Origin: Haliotis cracherodii
Taxonomy: Eukaryota
NCBI RefSeq assembly: GCF_022045235.1
Contig: NW_027266264.1
Location: 30,070,001 to 30,134,000, forward strand
Direction of reading: 5' to 3'
Length of the DNA stretch: 64,000 nucleotides
Under the pieces are notes generated by a model. It did not search any database. It was not told where the DNA came from and saw nothing but the letters and a program-made list of their open reading frames with translations. Shown piece by piece: positions 26,240 through 37,819 of the stretch; within the stretch, counting starts at the first letter, position 1; each line of letters starts with the position of its first letter. Both the position numbers and the translations under genes were made by a program.

Positions 26240-27605
26240 GTATAGCTGTTCAGACTAGTGTGTAGCCTAGAATGTAGCTGTTTAGCCATGGGTATAGGTG
26301 TACAGCCTTGGGTGTAGTTTTGTAGCCCTGGGAACAGCTGAATAGCCTTGGGTGTAGCTGTGATGTAGGGTGTAGATGTGTAGCTGTGAGTACAGCTGTT
26401 TAGCCTTGGGTGTAGGTTGTGTAGCCTAGGGTGTAGCGGTGTAACTGTGTAGCCTTGGGTGTAGCCTAGGGTGTAGCTGTTTGGCCTTGGGTGTAGGTTG
26501 TGTAGTCTTGGGTGTAGCGGTGTAGCTCTTTAGCCTTGGGTGTAGGTTGTGTAGCCTAGGGTGTAGCAGTGTAGCTGTGTAGCCTTGGGTGTAGCCTAGG
26601 GTGTAGCTGTTTAGCCTTGGGTGTAGGTTGTGTAGTCTTGGGTGTAGCGGTGTAGCCTTGGGTGTAACCTAGGGTGTAGCTGTGATGTAGGGTGTAGATG
26701 TGTAGCCGTGAGTACAGCTGTTTAGCCTTGGGTGTAGGTTGTGTAGTCTTGGGTGTAGCGGTGTAGCTCTTTAGCCTTGGGTGTACGTTGTGTAGCCTAG
26801 GGTGTAGCGGTGTAACTGTGTAGCCTTGGGTGTAGCCTAGGGTGTAGCTGTTTGGCCTTGGGTGTAGGTTGTGTAGTCTTGGGTGTAGCGGTGTAGCCTT
26901 GGGTGTAGCCTAGGGTGTAGCTGTGTAGCCTTGGGTGTATGTTGTTTAGCCTAGGGTATAGCTATGTAGCCTAAGGAATAGCAGTGTAGCCTTGGGTGTA
27001 GCTATTTCGCCATGGGTGTAGGTTGTGTAGCCTAGGGTATAGCAGTATAGCAGTGTAGCCTTGGGTGTAGCCTTGGGTGTAGCCTAGGGTGTAGCTGTGT
27101 AGCCTTGGGTGTATGTTGTGTAGCTTTGGGTATAGCGGTACAGCTATGTAGCCTAAGGAATAGCGGTGTAGCTATTTAGCCATGGGTGTAGGTTGTGTAG
27201 CCTAGGGTATAGTGGTGTAGCTGTTTAGCCTTGGGTGTAGGTTGTGTAGCCTTGGGTGTAGGTTGTGTAGCCTTGGGTGTAGGTTGTGTAGCCTTGGGTG
27301 TAGCTGTGTAGCCTTGGGTGTAAGTTGTGTAGCCTAGGGTATAGCAGTGTAGCTATGTAGCCTTGGGTGTAGCTGTTTAGCCATGGGTGTAGGTTGTGTA
27401 GCCTAAGGTATAGCGGTGTAGCTGTATAGCCTTGGGCGTAGGTTGTGTAGCCTTAGGTGTAGAATAGGGTGTTGCTGTTCAGTCTTGGGTGTAGCTGTGT
27501 AGCCTTGGGTGTAGCTATTTAGCCTAGGGTGTAGCTGTTTAGCCTTGGGTGTAGCTGTGTAGCCTAGGGTGTAGCTGTGTAGCCTTGGGTATTACTTTGT
27601 AGCCC
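26240..27605. repeat. compound short-unit satellite
   Basis: Variants of gtgtagccttgg and gtgtagct. Confidence 0.9.
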
Positions 27606-28555
27606 TCCTTTAAGAGGACAAATTGTTAATCTGAAGTGCTGACTCAATCCAATATATAAATCAACATTCCCACCACCAAAATATCAGAATACTACCAGGC
27701 CAGTCCCCTATGAAAAGAACTCAACAGGTTGCTGCAAAAATCACAATCACATAATAAAATTTAGCCTTTATATTGGATCAATATGTCATCCAAACAGGAC
27801 TCATCAATACTTATTCAAACTGTTTTGCCTTATCACATGAAACAACACTTAACAATTGCCTCTTTCAGTAACCATAGCTGAGCTGGTCCACGCCGACTTG
27901 GCCAACCGAGTCCCACTTGAAATAGACAGTGTGGATGAGCATGGTAGGTTACTGCGACAGGAAGGTGAGTAGCCATCAGACCCGCGTGTACCTGTCAGCA
28001 ACAGATGGCTACAGCCCACCCTCCCCAACACCACTCACACTGGCGAGATCACAGCACCCACTCCCCCCTCCCAACACCACGCACACTGGAGATCAATAGC
28101 AAACAACTAACGACTGGCCAATATTGAAATATATCTCCCAGCTGTTGCATATGACGTATAGTCTGAAAGCTCCAAGTGCACATAACAACAAGTATGATTA
28201 ATGTGGTGTTTTGTTTGTAAAGGGCAATGGAGGTATATGGCATCTATCATAAATGCTGACTTGATGCAGACATGAGCTTGTTAGCATTCTCTGGATGAAT
28301 GTTGATCATGAGAAATGTTTCTGTGTTCATCACCAACAGAGACAGGGTATTAGGAAGATTTCAAATTACATCTAAAAGATCATTGAGACTGTTACTAATA
28401 AGGAGGGATGGTGTTGGGTAATGACAGGGATAGGTGGTTGTTTTGGAGAGATGTGGAATAACAGATTTGGGAGGGATAGCATTTGGAGAGAAAGGGGTGG
28501 GGCAAAATAGGGCTGTTACTGTTGGTAGGAAGATATAGGGTGGGGAGATAAGGAT

Positions 28556-28655
28556 GGGTTGGTTGGTTGGTTGGTTAGTTTGCTGTAAAACGCCGCACTC
28601 AGCAATATTCCAGCTATATGACGGCGGTCTGTAAATAATCCAGTGATTGATATCA
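28556..28655 (-). mobile_element. family C tail fragment
   Basis: ggttggtt...aaacgccgcactcagcaatattccagctatatgacggcggtctgtaaataatc. Confidence 0.7.
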
Positions 28656-28669
28656 TGAGGATATGGGGA

Positions 28670-29480
28670 TGGGAGATATAGGGTGGAAATAGGGTGGGGT
28701 TATAGGGTGGGGAGAGATTGGGATGGATGGGGAGATATAGGGTGGGGACATTGGGTGGAGATATTGGGTGGAGATATGGGTCGTGGAGATATAAGGTGGG
28801 GAGAGGCTGTGATGGGTGGGAATATAGGGGTGGGGAGAGATTGGGATGGGTGGGGAGATATAGGTTGGGGATATTGGGTGGAGATATGGGGTGGCGAGAT
28901 ATTGGAATGGGTGAGCATAAAAGGGAGGGGAGAGTTTGAGATAGGTGGGGATATATAGGGTCGGGATTCTGGGTGTAGATATGGGGTGGGAAGATATAGG
29001 GTGGGGAGAGATTGGGATTGGTGGGGATATAGGGTGGGGAGAGATTGGGATGGGTGGTGATAAGGGGAGATAAAGTTAGTGAGTGAGTATGGTTTTACGC
29101 CACTTTTAGCAATATTCCAGCATACTTCCTAGTGGTTGACACCGGAAACTGGCTTCACTCATTGTACACAAGTGGGAAATCGAACTCAGGTGGGGAAATG
29201 GGGGTGGGGGGATATAGGGGTGGGGGGATATAGGGTGGGGAGATATTGGGTGGGGATATAGGGTGGGGAGATATAGGGTGGGGAAATAGGGGTGGGGGGA
29301 TATAGGGTGGGGATATAGGCTGGGCAGATATAGGGTGGGCAGATATAGTGTGGGGAGATATTGGGTGGGGATATAGGGTGGGGAGATATAGGGTGGGGAC
29401 AGATTGGGATAAGGGGAGGACATAGGGATGGTGAGAAATAGGGTGGGCAGATATAGGATGGGGAGATATAGTAATGTGGA
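28670..29480. repeat. G-rich ~15-bp satellite with an embedded family B SINE fragment (29078-29188)
   Basis: Unit ggggagatatagggt. Internal gagtgagtatggttttacgccacttttagcaatattccagc. Confidence 0.85.
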
Positions 29481-30103
29481 GAGATATCCTTTCAGAGTAC
29501 TTAACAAAAATTCTACCATGAATTTGTAATTTACTCGATTCTGATTGGTCAACCAGAGGCTATTAAATCACAATAAATCCCCTCTGATTGAAACAGCTGG
29601 TTTGACAGCCGCATCACTGCGGAAGCGTACATTCATAGAACAGTACTATTTTCAGTCATTGTCGGTAGGCATATTTGAATAATTATATCTGCAATTACAG
29701 GTTACAAAATGCACAGATGCGGTTATTACAATATTCTAAGGATGTGTGGCAATACATTTCGTACAGAAAACATGATAGAAATCAACAAAGAGAATGTATT
29801 TACGTTTTAGAGACAACAGAGAGTTGGGAATTTTGGCACTTTTCTACATACGACTGTGACGTCATATCTTTTGCGTCACAAGGAGTGCTATGACGTCATA
29901 ATGGTGACGCACGATGTAGAGCGAAAGCCTTGCAAAGCTTGCTTTGTTTTCTTTAGGGATGCCCACCTCATGTTAGCTTACCAAGTGGCCGCGCTTATTT
30001 AATTTAGCGCGGTTAGATCTACAGGTAACCTAGTTCTACATTGAAAACACAGTATGTTTATCTCCTAATTTTAAGGGTCAGTCATACATAATGTATATAT
30101 GTG

Positions 30104-30904
30104 TATGGGCGGCCATTCGGTAAAAAAATACAAAGTTGAAAAAAACATATTACGAATAAAGAACTAAATGTTACTACTAAAGGTCAAAATACAATATCAA
30201 TAGTCAAACGTTACGAAAAGATGTCATAAGAAAAGAAAGAACAATTTTTACAAAAGAACATCAGTGAGCACGAAAGGACGATTTCAATAAAGAACGTCAG
30301 TGAGCACGAAAGGACGTTTTCAATAAAGAACGTCAGTGAGAACGAAAGGACATTGACACTAAAGAACGTCAGTTAGCACGAAAGGACGTTGACAATGAAG
30401 AACGCCAGATGGCGCTGCAATTTGTAAAACATTCCGAGTTTAATCGACTTGTTCTGCCGTGTATATGATAACTGCTTGCCGAGGTGCACAATGTATCACT
30501 TCATTCCTCGTGCACTCACCGTCTGACGTCACACATATAAATGTGGATGTAAACAAGCGAAATAAATATGGTTTGAAAACGAACTCTGGCGTCATAGATG
30601 AAGCTCGATTTTCTTATTTATGGCGAGCTATTTTTCCTAACGAATGTGTAAGTTATACATATGCATACAAATCCATTTGGTTTATATATTTGTTCCCTGT
30701 CCTTTCGTGGTCACTGACGTTCTTTCGTACACATTGTTCTTACTTTTCTTATGATGTCTTTTCATAACATTTGACTATCAATATTGTATTTTGACCTTTA
30801 GTACTAGTAGTAACATTTAGTTCTTTATTCGTAATATTTGACCTTAATTGCGTACTTTTGTCCCTTTTTTTAACTTAAATTTTTTGACCGAATGGCCGCC
30901 CATA
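30104..30904. mobile_element. MITE with ~180-200 bp TIRs, TAT..ATA termini and 6-bp TSD (IS3EU-like)
   Basis: tatgggcggccattcggt ... accgaatggccgcccata. tatgtg is duplicated at 30098-30103 and 30905-30910. Internal ~30-bp subterminal repeats. Confidence 0.88.
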
Positions 30905-31238
30905 TATGTGTTCAAGAAAGATAAAAATATTCAAACCTGAGCTGCCACAACCAGTTTGTGTGGTTAAAACCCTGCTCTGACATAAAGATCAAGTGTGGTT
31001 AAAATGGTGACATAAACAGCTGGTATGGTTAAAATCCTGCCGTGATATAAAAATCAGGTGTGGTTCAAACCCTACCTTGACATGTACTACCTATGTACCT
31101 GTTCCATCTACCAGATCTGTGAGCTTAAGACCAACCCCTAGTTAGTCAGTTTCCCGAAGGTAACCATCAGTAGATGAATGTCATCCAATAACCATACAGC
31201 AACCCCTTACACACAACATAAATACACTGTACTGATAC

Positions 31239-31634
31239 CTGTAACTTCTGAGGCCCATTGACTTCCTGCAGGAAGCCCTGATTATATAAGTCACATTCGG
31301 GGTCACTGTCGTGTTCACTGTCGTGTTCACCTGTCCCTCCAGCCGCCCCTTCGTCAACATCTTCCAACTCCCACGACCTGTCATCATTCGCAGACATTGT
31401 TTGGTCAACACTTAACTCAGTTGCTTGTTTTTCAATACGAATCCGCCAGAGTTCCTGCAGAAACAATGGCAAAACGTCCAGAAATGTGCGCTCTTCTTGT
31501 GACTTGTGTTTGAAACTAACGCAATGACTGACCACCTCCGCTGAGTCAGTTGTCACAGACGCATCCCTGTCTTCATCAGTTTCACAGTTTGACTTGTCAC
31601 TTTCTGCAACAATCTTAGCTATCAAACTTCCCAT
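31239..31634 (-). CDS. unc-13: candidate alternative N-terminal coding exon of unc-13 (132 codons, MGSLIAK...GPQKLQ)
   Basis: Kozak context aacaagATGG, acidic non-repetitive ORF, CAG|gtatca phase-0 donor compatible with the acceptor at 16775. Confidence 0.6.
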
Positions 31635-32269
31635 CTTGTTGCTAGGATACCAGTTTGGGTTAGAATTTGTTGCAAAAATAACTTTGTTATTCCTGTAGTG
31701 TTTAGTTGTGGGTCATCGAACAATCTGTTCTTTCACATACGTAGTAGATATTGATAAGCACACAGGTAGTAGATATCATATGTTTGTCAGAACTCACACA
31801 TATGTATCTGTGCTAGGTATCGTAGGTGTTGTCTCCAGCATGATAGTGCTGACTCTTCCCTTGATGAACATTATGTTGTCACTAGCCACTACCATGAGTG
31901 TTCATAGAAAACACACATGTAGTCATTTCTGGGTTACTAAACGCTGAAGAATGCTGACATCATGTCTGCCTGTCTCCACAGGATCTTACTTTGGAGGGAT
32001 TATATCAGATTATATGGCAGATGGCAGTCAATACTTTAAGTTGCATTTGGTTTTCAGTAGTTCTAACCATGTGCTGTAAAGTTCCCCATGAAGTGTTGTG
32101 CCAATGGTTCTGCAGCAACTACTAATACCATCCACATACTCTGCTGTCTACACCGCCTTGATATAACACTGTGTCACCCCCATATTGTGATGTCAACACA
32201 TTCTTTAACAGTGTCCCAATTTTTTGTAAATAAATATTGTGATGCTCTTTGATCTGCTGTTAACACAAG

Positions 32270-33440
32270 TACCCATTTTTCTGCATTCAACACTGTTGCC
32301 CAATGCTCTGCTGTCAACAATGGTGCCCAATGCTCTGCTCTCAACACAGTTTCCCAATGCTCTGCTGTCAACACTGGTGCCCAAAGTCCTGCTTTCAACA
32401 CTGTTGCCCAATGTCCTGCTGTCAACAATGGTGCCTAATGTCCTGCTGTCTGTACTGGTGCCCAATGTCCTGCTTTTAACACTGTTGCCCAATGCTCTGC
32501 TGTCAACAATGGTGCCCAATTTCCTGCTGTCAACATAGTGACCCAATATCCTGCTGTCAACACAGTTGCCCAATGTCCTTCTGTCAACAGTTACCCAATG
32601 TTCTGCTGTCAACACAGTTGCCAAATGTCCTGCTGTCAACACTAGTGCCCGGTGTCCTGCTGTCAACACAGTTACCCAAAGCTCTGCTGTCAACACTGGT
32701 GCCCATTGTCCTGCTGTCAACACTGGTGCCCAATGTTCTCCTGTCAACACAGTTACCAAATGTTCTTCTGTCAACACAGTTGCCCAATGTTCTTCTGTCA
32801 ACACAGTTGCCCAATGTTCTTCTGTAAACAGTTGCCCAATGTTCTCCTGTAAACACAGTTGTCCTATGCACTGCTGTCAACACTGGTGCCCAAAGTTCTT
32901 CTGTCAACACAGTTGCCCAATGTCCTGATGTCAGCACTGGTGCCCAATGTCCTGCTGTCAACACCGTTGCCAAATGTCCTGATGTCAACACTGGTGCCCA
33001 ATATTCTCCTGCCAACACAGTTACCAAATGGTCTTCTGTCAACACAGTTGCCCAATGTTCTGTCAACAGCTGCCCAATGTCCTGCTGTGAACAGTTGCCA
33101 AATGTTCTCCTGTCAACACAGTTGCCCTATGCTCTGCTGTCAACACTGGTGCCCAAAGTTCTTCTGACAACACAGTCACTCAATGTTCTTCTGCCAACAC
33201 TGTTACCCAATGTCCTGCTGTCAACAGTTGCCCAATGTTCTTTTTCAACACAGTTGCCCAATGTCCTGCTGTCAACACAGTCCCCCAATGTTCTTTTGCC
33301 CACACAGTTACCCAATGTCCTGCTGTCAACAGTTGCTCAATGTTCTTCCGTCAACACAGTTGCCCAATGTTCTTCTGTCAACACAGTTACCCAATATTCT
33401 GCCAATCCTTTGTCCCCAAATGTCCTGCCGTCAATGCTGT
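32270..33440. repeat. 27-bp minisatellite
   Basis: Unit ctgctgtcaacacagttgcccaatgtc. Confidence 0.92.
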
Positions 33441-34518
33441 GTCATCAACTCTTCTGCTGTCGACACTCAACTTTCCCTATGTTGGTGTGATCCAGGTCAC
33501 ACAGGTGACAACATAGGTATATTGATTATGACTCTCAGTACTATTCAGCTGACAGATCCATTATGATCCAGGAGGGTTACATGGCCTCAATAGATAACAC
33601 GTTTCAATCTGTTTTTGAAAACTTCAATAGTCATGTAACATTGATACATCCAGTCCAGCAAGAGACCGATTCCCTCCAATTGATACCCAACTGGGACAGT
33701 ACAGAAATCATTACCACCTTTGTGTGTGTCGACAAACAAGGAAATTGAACATATGTATTTCTGGCCAGCTGTTTGCCGACAGCCGGTTTTAATTATTTTT
33801 CACGCCTGATGACTTTGGTGGATATTACCCTAGCTTCAGCTTATGTATGTGTCCATCAATTTAGTGTTACATCCACATCTTTATTAATGATAAATAGTTC
33901 TCCATACATGAAGTACTCTGATACATTTTCTGTATTTGTCACATCTAATTATTTTGGTGACATTTCCAATTACCTATGCATGATTTATGATGACATTCAC
34001 TGATTTGTCATCATGACCCGCCTCCTAGTTTATTTCCTATTGTGTACATTAGATATGATAGGACAGGTGCCTCGTCACACCAGTATGGAAGAGTAACCAT
34101 AACTATTCATCAAACATTAATGAGTTACAAGAACGTCTATACAAGAAGACAGCAAGATGGGTGAGTGAGTATTAGTAATATTAATACATGAACTGCAGTT
34201 ATTTGTAAACAAACGGTAAACCAAACAAACCATTTCTGGAAGTAAAATTAACACAGACGTAAAATGATCTTCACCACAAAAAATTTCCCCCGAGACCATC
34301 TCTTGACAACAGGACTTGTATTAATGTCAGGCAGCATAACTAAGGACAATATTGAATAGCCCACGACAAATTGCCCTCTCTTGAAAACTAATCAATTCAG
34401 TATTTTGAAGAGTTCAGATCAAGTCAGTCTGTCATATTGTTCAGATCAGTGTTCAATAAAATCAGATTTTCAGATCAAGTCAATATTTCCTAGAGTTCAA
34501 ATCAAATCAGAATAGAGA

Positions 34519-34776
34519 TTTGGTTTGGTTTGTTGTTTTACGCCGCACTCAGCAATATTCCAGCTATATGACGGTGGTCTGTAAATAATCGAGCCTGGAC
34601 CAGACAATTCAGTGACTGACATCATGAACATTGATCTACGCAATTGGGATTGATGACATACATCAACCAAGTCAGCGAGCCTCAGCCGTCACTTGATATA
34701 TTGTTTAATGACAAGTAGTCCCGTTAGTCACCTTTTACTGCAAGCATGGGTTGCTGAAGACCTATTCTACCCCGAA
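34519..34776 (-). mobile_element. interspersed SINE-like family C
   Basis: Homologous to 50757-50938, 59905-60150, 28556 and 2625. Shares its 3' tail core with families A and B. Confidence 0.8.
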
Positions 34777-34889
34777 ATTGGAATCAGAATAGAGATCAAA
34801 TCAGTATCCCATAGAGTTCAGATCAAATCAGCATTCCATAGAGTTCCGATTAAATCAGTCGCCCATAGAGTTCCGATAAAATCAGTCTT

Positions 34890-35725
34890 GGACTGTTCTC
34901 CAAGATGACTGCTGAGACTGTTCTCCTAGATGACTGCTGAGACTGTTCTCCTAGATGACTGCTGAGACTGTTCTCCTAGATGACTGCTGAGACTGTTCTC
35001 CAAGATGACTGCTGAGACTGTTCTCCTAGATGACTGCTGAGACTGTTCTCGAATATAACTGCTGAGACTATTCTCCAAGATGACTACTGAGACTGTTCTC
35101 CTAGATGACTGCTGAGACTGTTCTCCAAGATGGCTGCTGAGACTGTTCTCCTAGATGACTGCTGAGACTGTTCTCCAAGATGGCTGCTGAGACTGTTCTC
35201 CAAGATGACTGCTGAGACTGTTCTCCAAGATGGCTGCTGAGACTGTTCTCCTAGATGACTGCTGAGACTGTTCTCCAAGATGACTGCTGAGACTGTTCTC
35301 CAAGATGACTGCTGAGACTGTTCTCCTAGATGACTGCTGAGACTTTTCTCTAAGATGACTGCTAAGACTGTTCTCCTAGATGACTGCTGAGACTGTTCTC
35401 CTAGATGACTACTGAGGCTGTTCTCCTAGATGACTGTTAAGACTGTTCTCCTAGATGACTGCTGAGACTGTTCTCCTAGATGACTGCTGAGACTGTTCTC
35501 TAAGATGACTACTGAGACTGTTCTCCAAGATGACTTCTGAGACTGTTCTCTTAGATGACTGCTGAGACTGTTCTCTAAGATGACTGCTGAGACTGTTCTC
35601 CTAGATGACTGCTGAGACTGTTCTCCTAGATGACTACTGAGACTGTTCTCCTAGATGACTGCTGAGACTGTTCTCCAAGATGACTGCTGAGACTGTTCTC
35701 CAAGATGACTGCTGGGACTGTTCTC
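34890..35725. repeat. 25-bp minisatellite
   Basis: Unit gactgttctcctagatgactgctga. Confidence 0.96.
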
Positions 35726-36006
35726 CTCAAAGGTGACTGTTGAGGCAGACTGAATCTCTGACTCATCGTGACAATAACATGCTCTGATTCATGAAAATTA
35801 TATATGCAGAAATTCTGCAAACAGAAGGGTTTCTGTGACATGGAGAACTACAATAATATTTGAGTGAACATATTAAACCAAGACCCTGCTATGACCACTA
35901 TTTAAATGCAACATGTATGATGGAGGTAGCAGAATAAAAGATATCCATGGAGGTAATGATTAACATTACACAAAATGGGGAGGACAATGGCAAAATGAAC
36001 AGGGAA

Positions 36007-36135
36007 TAAATCAAACTAACCTGATTAAATCAAACTAACCTGATTAAATCAAACTAACCTGATTAAATCAAACTAACCTGATTAAATCAAACTAACCCAA
36101 ATAAATCAAACTAACCTGATTAAATCAAACTAACC
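36007..36135. repeat. 19-bp tandem repeat
   Basis: Unit aaatcaaactaacctgatt. Confidence 0.9.
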
Positions 36136-36509
36136 GGATGCCTCTAGTATATTAGTAACAATACAGAATATGGTTTAAACAATTAGATAACAGGTTTCAC
36201 ACAAGCAATGAAAGGGGAGATAATTAGGAAAGTTCAGCTTCACATGGTTTAAATACTCATGCATTGAGATGACATATGAGGATCCAAGTACAAAAATGTG
36301 ACACATATGTGTACACAACATAGTAAATTTCAGATGATTTACAGGAGCAGCCTAACATTGGCAGCCATTTGGGGCCTGTTAGTCAATCCAGAAACTTCAA
36401 TGTTCAGAGAACAGCGAGAGAAACTTCAAACTTCATAGAACAGGAAGGAGAAATGGCAGTGTTCACACATCAGGGAGGAAAAGTTTCCATGTTCCCACAT
36501 CTGGGAAAA

Positions 36510-37230
36510 AGGAACTTTAATTGTGCACACACAACAGGGAGAGATAAACAAAAATGTCCTCACACAGGGAAGGAGGAACTTTAATTGTGCACACACAACA
36601 GGGAGAGATAAACAAAAATGTCCTCACACAGGGAAGGAGGAACTTTAATTGTGCACACACAACAGGGAGAGATAAACATAAATGTGCTCACATAGGAAAG
36701 GAGGAACTTTAATTGTGCACACACAACAGGGAGAGATAAACATAAATGTGCTCACACAGGGAAGGAGGAACTTTAATTGGGAACTCACAGGGGGAAAGAA
36801 CTTTATTGTTCACACACAGGGAAGAACTTTACTTGTGCACACACAGGGAGGAACTTTAATTGTGCACACATAACAGGGAGAGATAAACATAAATGTCCTC
36901 ACACAGGGAAGGAGGAACTTTAATTGTGCACACACAACAGGGAGAGATAAACATAAATGTCCTCACACAGGGAAGGAGGAACTTTAATTGTGCACACACA
37001 ACAGGGAGAGATAAACATAAATGTGCTCATTTGGAGAAGAAGGAACTTTAATTGTGGACACACAGAGAAAAAGGAACTTCAATTGTGCACGCACAGGGAT
37101 GAACTTTAATTGTGCACACACAGGGAGAAAGGAACTTTAATTGTGCACACACAGGGAGGAAGGCACTCTAATTGTTCACACAATAGGGAGGAAGGAACTT
37201 TAATTGTGCACACACAAGGAGGAAGGAATT
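36510..37230. repeat. ~64-bp (2x32) minisatellite
   Basis: Unit ggaactttaattgtgcacacacaacagggagagataaacataaatgtcctcacacagggaagga. Confidence 0.88.
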
Positions 37231-37819
37231 TTAATGGCAACAGCATGGAGGGGGGGGGGGGGGGAACTGTCAGTAGGTGGGTAGTCCCTGTTACAAACAC
37301 ATGTTCAGTAAGTCTAACTAATGAAAGGAAATCAATACTCCTCTGTAAAGAAACACATTGTTTGCAAGAAGCTGTGTGCAGATGAAATTGATTGTCCCAC
37401 CAGCCACCTGCTAACAGGCTAACATCAATGGCTGAAGCCAGTACTTGAGAGCTTATTGATTCCTCGTTGTCACTTTCCCCAACCAGGATGTTGTCTCCAC
37501 ATAGTACAGGAGAAAAGGAAGATCTAGTTAACAGTAAAAGTATACTCCAGAAACAAATTGAAGTCAGATGACATTCACTGCCACCAAAATCTGAATTACT
37601 GACACATCTCACTGATAATGAATCTGAGGAATCTGTCACACATACATTATTTTCAACAACCTATCATTGTTTCATTAAACAATATTTAAAACAATCAATC
37701 AAAGAGATTTGTTCACAACAATCAGGGAGTCCTTTCATCGTGACATCCAGTTGGGCTTATTAACCAATCAGAGTCCTCCTTTATGACATTCATAAAATCT
37801 TATCAATGTTCTGATATAA

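Noticed and set aside
29505-30000. Crypton-like element ends (gattctgattggt), similar signal at ~52760-53240
   Set aside because: Boundaries and coding remnants are not identifiable, so I cannot classify them.
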